Below are positions 1-9,791 of a DNA stretch of 64,000 nucleotides, one piece after another (the stretch's first letter is position 1; every line of letters starts with the position of its first letter). Origin of the DNA: a virus; the IMG/VR virus record IMGVR_UViG_3300010885_020282, positions 1 through 64,000 of that record. One strand, written 5' to 3'. The translations under genes and the position numbers were made by a program. The notes below the pieces were generated by a model that made no database searches, was not told the DNA's origin, and was given only the letters and a program-made list of their open reading frames with translations.

Positions 1-1053
1 AATGTATGGGCAGTAGAATGCGGCTGCGTCAGCTTCTGAAGAACCTTTGTAACCAACCAACACAGGTGTTGAGTCAGATGCATAAGAGTCAACGAACACA
101 CGCATAGCGCCGTTCAATGTACCAACGAACTTGGTGTTTGTAGGTGCTTCGAAAGTACCTTCTGTTGTGCGAGCAAACGCAGAAGTAGTTGCAGATTGCA
201 ACACTGTCAAGCTAGCAGGAGAAACAACAGCCCAGTTACCAGCGCCACGACGTGTGCGTTGAGCGATCAAGTTAGCAACACGGTTAACTAGAACTGCCAA
301 AGCGGCATGTTCGTCACCAACGAATGTAGCTGTACCTGAAACGGTAGCTTGGTTGTATGTGAACTCAGTTTGAGCCAGTGAGCGCAATGACAAGAGAATC
401 TCTTGGTCAATCTCAGCTGTGATCTCTTGAGCCAATGCTGCCATGATTTCGGCTTCTACGTCGATACCATGCATAGCTTGTGCGTCTTGAGCAGCTTCAA
501 ATGTCCAACGAGCTTGCAACTTACGTGTTTTAGCTTCAACAGCTTGCTTCAAGATTTGAACAGAGATCTGACGACCGCCGTTGCCTTCCATGGTAGCTGT
601 TGGGCTACCAGCATAACCTTGAGCGGCAGTTTGTGTAGTGGCAGCGTTATCAGCACCGCGAGCGCCTGCAGAGTATGCAACAGCGATCTTGAATGGTGAC
701 AATGCTTCTTCACCAGCAACTACAGAAGTAGCGGCTGCTGTTTGGTCAGTCATTGTTGATGCATAACGCACACGCAGAGTGTGAATCTGACCAACTGGGC
801 CAGTCATTGGCTGAACACCAACGATTTCGTTAGCAATAACTGTGGGCATCACACGTCGAATCACGGGAAGAATCACGCGGTTTAGTGTAGCGATGTTACC
901 AGATACTGTAGAGCCAGCAGATGCGTTCTCTTTCAAGTACTTGCGAGTGTTTTCTAAAATAACACTCATTGAGTTGCGACGATTGCCTTTAAGGCCTTCC
1001 ATAAGGGCTTCTTTGGTCTCGTCCCAACGGCTTTCTAATAGTTCTTGTGACAT
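1..1053 (-). CDS. gp23: Major capsid protein (T4 gp23-like), 3' end runs off the window; missing from the ORF track
   Basis: Manual translation from ATG at 1053: MSQELLESRW...VIRRVMPTVIANEIVGVQPMTGPVGQIHTLR...AAFYCPYI. GVQPMTGP and FYCPY are gp23 hallmarks. SD AGAGGAG lies upstream; follows gp21 and gp22. Confidence 0.97.
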   Translation of the reverse strand, partial: MSQELLESRWDETKEALMEGLKGNRRNSMSVILENTRKYLKENASAGSTVSGNIATLNRVILPVIRRVMPTVIANEIVGVQPMTGPVGQIHTLRVRYASTMTDQTAAATSVVAGEEALSPFKIAVAYSAGARGADNAATTQTAAQGYAGSPTATMEGNGGRQISVQILKQAVEAKTRKLQARWTFEAAQDAQAMHGIDVEAEIMAALAQEITAEIDQEILLSLRSLAQTEFTYNQATVSGTATFVGDEHAALAVLVNRVANLIAQRTRRGAGNWAVVSPASLTVLQSATTSAFARTTEGTFEAPTNTKFVGTLNGAMRVFVDSYASDSTPVLVGYKGSSEADAAAFYCPYI

Positions 1054-1077
1054 TTAAGTCTCCTCTGTTACTATATT

Positions 1078-2166
1078 TTATAGACCAGCCAGGCGTTTGA
1101 TGTCAATCACATTACTGCGATCTTCTTCTTGCGCGGCTGGCACGGTTTTATCACCAGTTACAACACTTACGCTTTCACTAATTACCTTGCGGGCTCTTGG
1201 TGAGGCATCAGCGAGTACAGCTGGTAGATACTTCTCGTATGCGTTTTTCAGACGAGACGTCTGTACGCTCTCTAAGAGATCTTTCATAACAACTTGCTTT
1301 TCTCTGTTTAATGGAGATAGCAATTCTTCCATGACCGCACTGCGTTCATTGGAATCTTGTATACGACGGATTTCTTGATCTTTAGACTCCACAAGGGTTT
1401 TGGCCTTCTGGACGATCTTGGTGGCTTCACTTAGTTTTTGATCTTTACTAGCTAGTGCTTGTTTCAATTCACGCACAACTTTGTTTTCACTTAGGTGTGT
1501 GTGGTTAAATTCAGCGGCATAAGCTTCAAAAATCTTACGTCCAAAGTTGTTCTCGCGAGCAACTTGGATGTCTTCTTTAAGCTGAGTGAGTTCTTGCTTG
1601 AGATGGCCGGTAACAGCCTTGTTCATTCTCTCAGCACTTTCTTTAACAAAACGTGCTTTGAGATTTTCTAGTTTGTTTCGGGCTTCGCTTACCAAACGAA
1701 CTTTAGTTTCCACTAAGTCACGCTTGTCTTGAGCAAATTCCTGGATCTCTTCCGCAAGTGCTCGCACAACAAATTTCTCTAATTTAGAGAGACTTTCGTT
1801 GTGTTGCTTGCGGTCTTTACGCAGTTCGCCAATTTCTTCAGCCAATTTAGTAACCATGAAGTCATTAAATTTTGTAGATGATTCTTTCATCTTGGCTTGG
1901 AACTTAACGCGATCTTCAGCAAGAGATTGTTTTTCAGCAGTCACTTGTTGAATTTCGGCGGTGAGACCTTCTGTTACCATGCGATCTAGGGCTTCCACCA
2001 TTGTTGATTTGTCATGCTCGTATCGTTGTGCAAACTCTTCGCGGAGTTCTGCACGGACTTGTTCACGAGCTTCGTTTAGCTTTGATTCCCACGCTTCGTT
2101 GAGTTCACGGCTAACATCTTCGTTGATTAGTCCAGAGTCGAGCAGGGGTTTAATAGCATCAAACAT
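1078..2166 (-). CDS. gp22: Prohead core scaffolding protein (gp22-like)
   Basis: Long E/K-rich coiled coil located between protease and capsid genes; SD AGGAGA. Confidence 0.85.
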   Translation of the reverse strand: MFDAIKPLLDSGLINEDVSRELNEAWESKLNEAREQVRAELREEFAQRYEHDKSTMVEALDRMVTEGLTAEIQQVTAEKQSLAEDRVKFQAKMKESSTKFNDFMVTKLAEEIGELRKDRKQHNESLSKLEKFVVRALAEEIQEFAQDKRDLVETKVRLVSEARNKLENLKARFVKESAERMNKAVTGHLKQELTQLKEDIQVARENNFGRKIFEAYAAEFNHTHLSENKVVRELKQALASKDQKLSEATKIVQKAKTLVESKDQEIRRIQDSNERSAVMEELLSPLNREKQVVMKDLLESVQTSRLKNAYEKYLPAVLADASPRARKVISESVSVVTGDKTVPAAQEEDRSNVIDIKRLAGL

Positions 2167-2178
2167 GCCTGGTTCTCC

Positions 2179-2805
2179 TTAGATTTTGAGATCCTTGATG
2201 AGCTTCATTACTTCACTCTTCAAGTATCTCTGTACTTTGTTGTCTTTGCCAGCATCTCGCGCCATCTCAAAAACCTTGTGACCATGTTTCATGTTCATCA
2301 AACCTTCGTAGATAGCTTTGGGATATGCATTTGGCGCACTGGGTTGGGCAACAATGTCGACAGTGACTATTTCAAAATCACTGACGTGTCCATTAGCGTC
2401 GTTCACGTTTCCGGAACCACGACTTGAAACTCCTAGTTTCACACCCGATTCCAACATGGTTTTTACCAGTTGGCCCATGGGGGTGGGTAGAATCTTTAAC
2501 TTACCATAACCGTTGGGACCGTCCATCCACATGTTCATAATGAGGTGGCTCACTCGGTCTAGATTAATTTTGAGGTCATCCGGGTGATCAACTTCGCCCA
2601 TGACTGAATAACCTTCTATAATTTGTTCGTTTAGTGTTGCCACTGCACGTTCAATTTCATTCACAGGGTACACACGTTCGTTGGCGTTTTTGACACCGCC
2701 TTGAATGCAGATGCCCTTCATAAAGAGGTCCTTACCTTCACCAGAGCCTTCGACAATCATGCCAGCCTGGTTAAAGGTAAGATTTTCTCTAAGGTAAAGA
2801 GCCAT
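2179..2805 (-). CDS. gp21: Prohead core protease (gp21-like)
   Basis: Motifs NANERVYP, GEVDHP, GVSSRGSG, DIVAQPSAPNA typical of the T4 gp21 family. Confidence 0.95.
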   Translation of the reverse strand: MALYLRENLTFNQAGMIVEGSGEGKDLFMKGICIQGGVKNANERVYPVNEIERAVATLNEQIIEGYSVMGEVDHPDDLKINLDRVSHLIMNMWMDGPNGYGKLKILPTPMGQLVKTMLESGVKLGVSSRGSGNVNDANGHVSDFEIVTVDIVAQPSAPNAYPKAIYEGLMNMKHGHKVFEMARDAGKDNKVQRYLKSEVMKLIKDLKI

Positions 2806-2818
2806 TTACCTGTAGTCC

Positions 2819-3631
2819 TTAGTGTGTAACAGACTTAGTGTTAACGCCAGTAGCTTGTGCCAAGTGTGGCTTGGTAGCTGGGCTTAACTTTACACTGCCT
2901 TGAGCGGGAGTGTTTTGCACTTTACCGATCAATTCTTTTGTAGTTGGGGCTGGACGTCCATTACCGCCGTCACCTGTGGCATGCACTGGCTTGGCCATTG
3001 CACCACGTGCACCGCTGTTGGCAGCTACTGGGCTTTTGCTAGCAACACTAGGGTTGCTGGGTTTAGCAACTGTTTTCAAAGTGATATTTTCGTTGAACAT
3101 GCCTTCAGTTTCAAACTCATCGTCTGCAACTTCCACATCAGTCATTTCGTCACCAAATTCGTCACCTGATACTTCATCTTCACCGGGCATGTCGCCGTGG
3201 TCTTCGCCGGCTTCGTTACCCATTAGGTCTTCAAATTCAGCCATTAATTCATCTAGCTTGTCTTCTAGATCAACAACACGGTCTTCTAGACCGCCTTCGT
3301 CGTGTGCATCTTCAATATCGTGAGTTAGGTCAGCACCGGCTTCTTCTGCACCGTCATCAAATTCAGCATCAGACTCTTCTTCTTCTGACATGCCTTGTTC
3401 TTCAGTTTCTACATCATCGATTAAATCGTCTGATTGATCGCCGCCGAGCATGCCTTCTTCGATTGATTCTTCTCCCTCTTCGGTAGCTTCCTCAATTGAT
3501 TCTTCTTCCTCTTCCATCATTGTTTCATAAATGGCGCGGCTTTTTTCTACTACTATTTCGTGGAATAGTTCTTTGGCTTTTGCTTCTTCGTCGTTGATCA
3601 CGTATTCGATCAATTGTTCAAATTTGTTCAT
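2819..3631 (-). CDS. Highly acidic prohead core-like protein (gp67/gp68 positional analogue)
   Basis: Extremely D/E-rich; lies between portal and protease. ATG at 3631 is preceded by GGAGGG, preferred over the ORF-track start at 3643. Confidence 0.6.
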   Translation of the reverse strand: MNKFEQLIEYVINDEEAKAKELFHEIVVEKSRAIYETMMEEEEESIEEATEEGEESIEEGMLGGDQSDDLIDDVETEEQGMSEEEESDAEFDDGAEEAGADLTHDIEDAHDEGGLEDRVVDLEDKLDELMAEFEDLMGNEAGEDHGDMPGEDEVSGDEFGDEMTDVEVADDEFETEGMFNENITLKTVAKPSNPSVASKSPVAANSGARGAMAKPVHATGDGGNGRPAPTTKELIGKVQNTPAQGSVKLSPATKPHLAQATGVNTKSVTH

Positions 3632-3737
3632 GAGTCCCTCCAATGTAAATGGCTCTGTATAGTCTATTTACAGATAATGCAAATAAACATGTGTTTAATG
3701 GAGATTTTTTAAGTTTTTTTGACAGTTTTTGTCAAAA

Positions 3738-3956
3738 TCATGCCATTGGCTGGGCTGGAGGTGCATATTGACGTTGCACTCGTTCTATTCTATCTTTAAA
3801 CTCAACTTGACGAACATCGTTGAGTTGTCTCATCTTGTTTATTTGCTTGAGGGTGAGTTTTGTCTTGCGCAGGTCACCGAGTTGTGGTTGACTATTGTCT
3901 TGCGACAAATCTTGGTAGGCAGACTTTTCCCGTTGGTATAGTTCAAGCAAAATCAT
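3738..3956 (-). CDS. Small head-module protein, unknown function
   Basis: 72-aa ORF co-directional with the head genes; TATAAATA 5 nt upstream of the ATG. Confidence 0.7.
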   Translation of the reverse strand: MILLELYQREKSAYQDLSQDNSQPQLGDLRKTKLTLKQINKMRQLNDVRQVEFKDRIERVQRQYAPPAQPMA

Positions 3957-3961
3957 ATTGT

Positions 3962-3969
3962 TATTTATA
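3962..3969 (-). promoter_or_regulatory. T4-type late promoter TATAAATA
   Basis: Exact consensus overlapping the portal stop codon, 5 nt before ATG 3956. Confidence 0.6.
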
Positions 3970-5752
3970 CAGTTGGGGCAGCGCCTGCGGCTGGCGGTGC
4001 AGCCGAACCTGCGGCTGGTTGAGCGCCAGGCGCCATTTGACCCGGTGCACCAAAGCCTGCTGTAGCATCACCTATGTTGGTCATATCTTGTCCGGTAGTG
4101 ATATCACTTTCAAGATCAGCTGGGGTAATTCCCACACCTCGCAAGTCAGAACCTTGAGCATCCGGCGCTTTAACATCAGCACGTTCTTCATCCCATAGTT
4201 CTTCGTTTTCACGAATCTCATCTTCTGTCAATCCTAGATATCGCTTGAGCAAGAAACGTTTGCTCAAGTAAGGAACTTGTTCTAAACTGGTAAATGTACT
4301 AACACGATCTTTGTCTAACTCTGCTTCGCGATAGCTGGCAAAGTTTTGTGGTTCATTGAACATGATATCAAACAAACCGCTATCAATGTTAAATCCGCGC
4401 CAGCGCATGAACATTTTAAATTCGTCGTCAAGCTTTTGCATGATCAAACGCTGTAAACGTTCGCAGTACTGGTTAAAGCGATATTCTTGTATTAGTGCAG
4501 TACCCACACGTCCGTCGTTCATGGGTCGATCTGAGTCGTCTGGGCCTGTGGGCAAGTAACTACTAGGCACACGCAAGCCACGGCACATTTTGTTGTTAAA
4601 ATACTTTAAGTCGTCAATTTCGCCTAGATTTGATCCGCCCGCAAGCGTGTCAACACTTGATCCACGACCGTCTGCTGTTTGTGGGAAAAAGTAATCTTCG
4701 TTAATAGATAGTGGATTATAACTACTATCCATGATGTTTTGCCCACCGCCTGTGTTACTTGGAATTCTACGCTGGTGAATTTCGTTTTTGACACGTTCAA
4801 CAAACTGCATGGCCATGTGCGAAGGCATGTTGCCCACGTCAATTTTAAACACTCTACGCTCAGGTGCACGTGCCACACGATAGATCAGTACAGCATCTTC
4901 TAGCAGTTCTTTTTGCTTGAATACTTTAAAAATAGTCTCTAATATGCTATTGCCAAACGGCCAATAGTAGTCCAATCCTTCAGTTAAACTCAAGTGAATC
5001 ACATGTTTTGCATCCAGAACAGACTCGTTCATAGCGGCAGCAAAACGGCTTTGGCCTGCACCGGCGCCGCCAGCACCTGCATTTGGCGCTGTGTAATTGT
5101 TTGGTGCTACCCATCCTGCACTAGCTGGATTTGATTGAAAATCTGTTGTGGTCTTGGCAGCCATTGTCAAGTTTTGAAAGTTAGGGTTGATGTCACGAAT
5201 CACATACTGCTCGGGACGCTTGCCTTCGCTTTCGTTTACAATGACCCTGGCCACCTTGGTCATGTCAACCCAGTACATTTCAAATGTTTCGGGATCGCGC
5301 ACAAACACTTGATCTCCGTACTTGATGGTATTACGGAAAATACGGAAAATACGTTGATCTAATTTGTTAAGTTTTGTCCACTGCTGTAACTGTTGTTTGA
5401 TAATTCGAACTTCGTTGTCAGTGGGCGTTTCGTTATACTTGACTTGAAATGGCACGTTTTCGTCATTGCGCATTTGGGTGCTGAATTCAGCTAGGATATC
5501 CAGACATGCGTTGATTTCGCTGTCCATGTCCATTTGTTCGTACTGATTGTAACGTTCAACTCGATTGGGATGTCCAGTATAGACTTCGGGCAATCTGCTG
5601 GCATAGTTACGATACACTATATCAGCATGTGCATTAGCACTTGCACGGCCGTCGTTTCGACTGTATCCCGGCATGCCATCAGAATCACGTCCAGAAAGCG
5701 GGCTTAGTTGGCCGCCGGTGTTTGCAACTTTAAAATATTTTTTCCATGCCAT
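3965..5752 (-). CDS. gp20: Portal vertex protein (gp20-like)
   Basis: Motifs LLEDAVLIYRVARAPERRVFKIDVGNMP, EDYFFP, L.G.NLGEIDDLKYF. Confidence 0.96.
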   Translation of the reverse strand: MAWKKYFKVANTGGQLSPLSGRDSDGMPGYSRNDGRASANAHADIVYRNYASRLPEVYTGHPNRVERYNQYEQMDMDSEINACLDILAEFSTQMRNDENVPFQVKYNETPTDNEVRIIKQQLQQWTKLNKLDQRIFRIFRNTIKYGDQVFVRDPETFEMYWVDMTKVARVIVNESEGKRPEQYVIRDINPNFQNLTMAAKTTTDFQSNPASAGWVAPNNYTAPNAGAGGAGAGQSRFAAAMNESVLDAKHVIHLSLTEGLDYYWPFGNSILETIFKVFKQKELLEDAVLIYRVARAPERRVFKIDVGNMPSHMAMQFVERVKNEIHQRRIPSNTGGGQNIMDSSYNPLSINEDYFFPQTADGRGSSVDTLAGGSNLGEIDDLKYFNNKMCRGLRVPSSYLPTGPDDSDRPMNDGRVGTALIQEYRFNQYCERLQRLIMQKLDDEFKMFMRWRGFNIDSGLFDIMFNEPQNFASYREAELDKDRVSTFTSLEQVPYLSKRFLLKRYLGLTEDEIRENEELWDEERADVKAPDAQGSDLRGVGITPADLESDITTGQDMTNIGDATAGFGAPGQMAPGAQPAAGSAAPPAAGAAPTV

Positions 5753-5767
5753 AGTTGTATACTTATG

Positions 5768-8700
5768 TTATGCAGTTGATACTTGTAACAATCGAGATGT
5801 TGTGCTGTTGTTAGATCTTTGCAAGTTGACCAGATCTGACAGCAATGCTAGCATTTGAGGATCACCTGTGGTGTTAGTTGATGTTGGGCGATTGTTGAGA
5901 TCTAGTATGGCAGTACGTATGGCTTGCACAAGATCAGTGTTGTTGTCTTGTGGGGTAACATCAGTTTTGAGTTGCTCAACTAATCTAGATAGCGGCGAGT
6001 CTGCTTTGCCTAGTACTTCTGCAAAATTAACAGCACTAACTCGTTCAATTATTTTAGCAAGTCCCGAGTTCTCTCTAGCAAGTGCTTCTGAAAAATTAAC
6101 TGTTACTGGTATTGTTTTACCATCGGGCAAGGGAACAAATGCTTCATTTTTACCAGCTTCGGCGGCTCTAACCAAAGTGCCATTATTGCTAGAATTAATA
6201 ACCCCACCGTACTTGGCTTCGATTGCGCTGAGAAACTCACCTCTTCCCACTAGTGATCGATTGTTGCCAACACCTTGATATGTGCTCTTGCCCGACGAAT
6301 TAGGCAATGCGGCCCATACTCCTGCAAGCCTATCAGCAAATGCATCTTTACTCATGCGACCTGCTTTGTAGTCTTGATATCCGCTTTGATTCAATAGTGC
6401 GCGACCTAATTTGTCTTGAGTCATTGCATCAAATCGATCCTCTGGGCTCACAACACCCTGTGCCAGCAATCCATTAAGAGTCTTTTGTATGATTTGATAT
6501 TTGCCAGCGGCGCTGCCTTGCCCTTGTGCCACACGTTGCGCTTGAAATTGCAATACCTCAGCTACTGTCATTTCAGACAGTGGTGCGTTGGCTCCGCCTA
6601 CCATTTTGTTGTAGTCACCACCGCTTTCGTACTTGGCAATAAAATCCAAAATCTTTTGTTCGCTAGCTGGCAATCCCGATGTTGGAGTTGCCATACCCGC
6701 AGACGATGCCGATGGACCTTGTGCTGACGATGCTTGGCTACCAGCTATGCCACCGTACAATCCACCAGCAATAGCACCAACTGCGGCGCCAATACCGGTA
6801 CCAATACCTGGAACCACACTACCAATTGCGGCGCCAGTGGCTGCACCACCAACTGCACCCATTGCGGCACCACCAGCTACTCCCGGACCACTTGATCCAA
6901 CTGTGGTTTTGCCGCCAGGTGTTCCCAGTGTACCGGGTGCAACTTTTGCTGGTACACCAGTTATACCTTCAACAAATTCTGCAAACCCTTTCATGGCCTT
7001 GGTAGTGGGGCTGACACCGTACTTGACTAAATTTTGCAAACTATCTCTAGTGTTCATTTGCTCTCGACGCAATTCAACCTGGGTACCAACCAAGCCATCA
7101 GCACCTTTTTGTTGACCTTTTTGTGCTTCTTCAATGTCCTTGGCGCTCTTGGTTAGATCTTGATTGGCTCTAGCACCTAGATTTGCGGCTTCAACAAAGT
7201 TGCCAAAGCCCGATGATGCCACAGCACCAGCTTGCCCTAGACTGTTAAATCTTGTGGCAAATTCCTTGCCTGCCTTGTTAGATGCATCGTAGGCCTTTGT
7301 TGCGTCCATTGCACCACTGGCTAAGCCTTCAACAACACCAGTTGCGCTACCAATTGTTTGGAAGAACTTAACACCAGCTGGGCTAGTAAGTAGGCCTGAA
7401 GCTGATTCAGCATAACCTTGTGCCAGTTCTGGTGCTTGTTTGGCCAGTATTGCATAATAGCGTTCCATTTGATCGGCGGCTGCAACCTGTCGTTCATCAC
7501 CCGATGCTCGCATGGCTTCTGTTTTGGCACGGAACGCCTCGACTGATCTTGCTTTGTTAATGGACTGTTCCATCTCAGAACGTTGTACGCCAGTTAACTT
7601 GGTTAACCCGTCCATCTCTTTGAGATAGGCTGCGGCTCCTACTTGTAGTTGTGTTTGTGTTTTGTTTTGTGTTTGGCCCACACGAGCTTGCAAACCAACA
7701 TATGATGCTAGGCCTTCGTTGATGTCTTCAACTTTCATGCCCATGTTCATCAAGCTTTGACCTATTGGTCCTCGAGTTACGCCTTCGCCAAATTCAACAA
7801 AGTCTTTTCGACCTTGCATTACAGAACCCGACAACAATGCCAAGTCGGTTGAAGATTTAGATATTAAATCTGAGAATGCCTTGAGTCCTACTTCGTCGAG
7901 CCCGTATCCTAGCCGTTGCGCTGACGCACCAAGCCCAAGCAAGCCATCTGCTGAACTGGCGCCAACTTTGGATAATTCTTGATAGGTATTGAACAGTCGG
8001 TCGCTCATCTCCGCGGCCGCTTCGGCATAGTCTCCTACTGCTTTAAGTCCGGTACCGGCTGCAAATGCGCCAATACCCAGTGCCTGGAATCCAGGGATAA
8101 GTGCAACAATGCCACCTAGCACTTGTGCCGCTGTGCCTAGACCTTGTGCAAATGTATTAACCGACTTGGCGGCAACTGCGGCGCCTTGTTTGCCTTGATA
8201 GATTGCCTTGCTGTATTCACCAAAGCTCTTGGCAAGAGCCCCGGCACCATCGGCTAGTAATCTAAATCCCATGTTTGCGGCAACACTGGTGCCGCCTAGA
8301 TTTTCAAATTTTTCTCTAAGTACCGCAGTACCAGTTACACCGCGACTGTATTCGTTGATAAGATCGCCGGCTGTTTTTATTTCTTTTTGCTTGGATGCAT
8401 TTTCTCTACGTTTGGTTGCAGTAGTTACTTGTTCGTTGAACTTTTCTGAGGCGGCTAATTCTTTGTTGTATTTTGCCAGTTCATCTGCACTCATGGCCGC
8501 ACGTTTTTGTGCTTCAGCTAGCTCGTCATCTTGTTTCTTTTTTTCCTTGACTGAGTCTTCTTGTTGTTTGGTTGCAGCTTCTTGTTGCTCAGTTAGCTTT
8601 TTGGTTGCTTCTGTTGCATCATCTATTTCTTTGGTGAACTTGGCGATTTCAAGATTTTCTTTGGTTTTGCTTTTGGTATTTGCATCCAGCTTAGCCGATA

Positions 8701-8842
8701 GCTTTGCTATTGCCATGACTATTTTGTCACTGCCGTTATCAGTGTTGGATTTAGTCGACGGAGTAGAGGACAGGCTCTTTAATGCCGGCACCAACTCCTG
8801 CAACTGTCGAACTAGATTGTCAATATCAAATTGATCTGCCAT
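5768..8842 (-). CDS. Tape-measure-like protein with a glycine zipper and a C-terminal lysozyme-like domain
   Basis: Ala/Gly-rich helical 1024 aa; ILDFIAKYES...MTVAEVLQFQ...SAAGKYQII (lambda-lysozyme-like); AEAG.NEAFVPLPDG motif common at tape-measure C-termini. Confidence 0.8.
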   Translation of the reverse strand: MADQFDIDNLVRQLQELVPALKSLSSTPSTKSNTDNGSDKIVMAIAKLSAKLDANTKSKTKENLEIAKFTKEIDDATEATKKLTEQQEAATKQQEDSVKEKKKQDDELAEAQKRAAMSADELAKYNKELAASEKFNEQVTTATKRRENASKQKEIKTAGDLINEYSRGVTGTAVLREKFENLGGTSVAANMGFRLLADGAGALAKSFGEYSKAIYQGKQGAAVAAKSVNTFAQGLGTAAQVLGGIVALIPGFQALGIGAFAAGTGLKAVGDYAEAAAEMSDRLFNTYQELSKVGASSADGLLGLGASAQRLGYGLDEVGLKAFSDLISKSSTDLALLSGSVMQGRKDFVEFGEGVTRGPIGQSLMNMGMKVEDINEGLASYVGLQARVGQTQNKTQTQLQVGAAAYLKEMDGLTKLTGVQRSEMEQSINKARSVEAFRAKTEAMRASGDERQVAAADQMERYYAILAKQAPELAQGYAESASGLLTSPAGVKFFQTIGSATGVVEGLASGAMDATKAYDASNKAGKEFATRFNSLGQAGAVASSGFGNFVEAANLGARANQDLTKSAKDIEEAQKGQQKGADGLVGTQVELRREQMNTRDSLQNLVKYGVSPTTKAMKGFAEFVEGITGVPAKVAPGTLGTPGGKTTVGSSGPGVAGGAAMGAVGGAATGAAIGSVVPGIGTGIGAAVGAIAGGLYGGIAGSQASSAQGPSASSAGMATPTSGLPASEQKILDFIAKYESGGDYNKMVGGANAPLSEMTVAEVLQFQAQRVAQGQGSAAGKYQIIQKTLNGLLAQGVVSPEDRFDAMTQDKLGRALLNQSGYQDYKAGRMSKDAFADRLAGVWAALPNSSGKSTYQGVGNNRSLVGRGEFLSAIEAKYGGVINSSNNGTLVRAAEAGKNEAFVPLPDGKTIPVTVNFSEALARENSGLAKIIERVSAVNFAEVLGKADSPLSRLVEQLKTDVTPQDNNTDLVQAIRTAILDLNNRPTSTNTTGDPQMLALLSDLVNLQRSNNSTTSRLLQVSTA

Positions 8843-8855
8843 GGTAATATACGCC

Positions 8856-8863
8856 TATAAATA
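8856..8863 (+). promoter_or_regulatory. T4-type late promoter TATAAATA
   Basis: Exact T4 late consensus upstream of the gp26-like gene. Confidence 0.65.
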
Positions 8864-8896
8864 TTGCTAACACCATATTTACCGAAAAGGAATCAC

Positions 8897-9733
8897 ATGG
8901 ATTCAAACCCCTTACAGAAATATTTCCGGCAACCTGCAATTTACGTCCGGTTGCCCAGCCAAGGTAAGTTTTACCCACAAGGCACATTAGACATGCCGCC
9001 CAACGGCGAATTACCAGTTTTACCAATGACTACCTTGGACGAAATCACTTATCGCACCCCAGATGCCTTGTTCAATGGCTCTGCTGTGACCAATGTGATT
9101 GAAAGCTGTGTGCCCAACATTAAATCTGCATGGGCTATGCCCAGTTTAGATATTGATACTGTACTAGTAGCTATACGTATTGCCACTTACGGACACGAAC
9201 TGGATGTTTCAACCACTTGCCCGGCTTGCAATACCGAAGCCGATTACGGGGTAGATCTACGTGTGGTAATGGATCAGATATCTGCGCCAGACTACAATAA
9301 AACCATGACTATAGGTGATCTGGAAATTTATTTTAAACCCATGACATATCAGCAAATGAACGAAAACAGCATGATTCAGTTCCAAGAACAAAAAATGTTG
9401 CAAATGCTAGAAGCTGCCGAAAATGACGAAGACGCTAGGAGACAACAACTAGGCGAAGTTTTAAAGAAAATTACCGAAATAACCACTCAAGCACTGGCAC
9501 AAAATATTGCCATGATTCGCACACCACAAGCACAAGTAATTGACCCTGTGTATATTGCCGAGTGGTTAAGTGAGAGTGATCGTGCTACCTTTGCCAAAAT
9601 ACGAGATCACATTGTGGCAATCAAACAACAAGGCGAACTTCAACCCTTGGGTGTTCAGTGCGGCAATTGTAATCACGAATACCGCCAGGCATTTACACTA
9701 GATATGTCAAATTTTTTCGAAGTCGCCTCCTAA
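8897..9733 (+). CDS. Baseplate hub assembly chaperone (gp26-like)
   Basis: RLPSQG.FY, PMTT.DE, LVAIRIATYG, two CxxC pairs (CPAC, CGNC), ends ...NFF; ATG 8897 follows AAGGA. Confidence 0.75.
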   Translation: MDSNPLQKYFRQPAIYVRLPSQGKFYPQGTLDMPPNGELPVLPMTTLDEITYRTPDALFNGSAVTNVIESCVPNIKSAWAMPSLDIDTVLVAIRIATYGHELDVSTTCPACNTEADYGVDLRVVMDQISAPDYNKTMTIGDLEIYFKPMTYQQMNENSMIQFQEQKMLQMLEAAENDEDARRQQLGEVLKKITEITTQALAQNIAMIRTPQAQVIDPVYIAEWLSESDRATFAKIRDHIVAIKQQGELQPLGVQCGNCNHEYRQAFTLDMSNFFEVAS

Positions 9734-9791
9734 TTCTTGACTCGGAAAAAATTGCATTGCAAATCGAGCGCATGGAGAAGGAGGCTGCTTC
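9712..9791 (+). other. Putative -1 programmed ribosomal frameshift signal (T TTT TTC plus downstream stem-loop)
   Basis: In-frame slippery heptamer at 9712-9718; GCCTCCT 9725-9731 pairs with AGGAGGC 9779-9785; the -1 frame is open to 9948. Confidence 0.65.

Noticed and set aside
3717-3737. Inverted repeat TTTTGACA-GTTTT-TGTCAAAA containing TTGACA on both strands
   Set aside because: AT-rich stem with no U-tract in the transcribed (minus) direction and no well-spaced -10 box; function cannot be supported.
5868-8834. Long plus-strand ORFs (136, 160, 208 aa) opposite the tape measure, and similar short shadow ORFs throughout the window
   Set aside because: Explained by codon bias of the real gene on the other strand or frame; no start signals or protein-like motifs.
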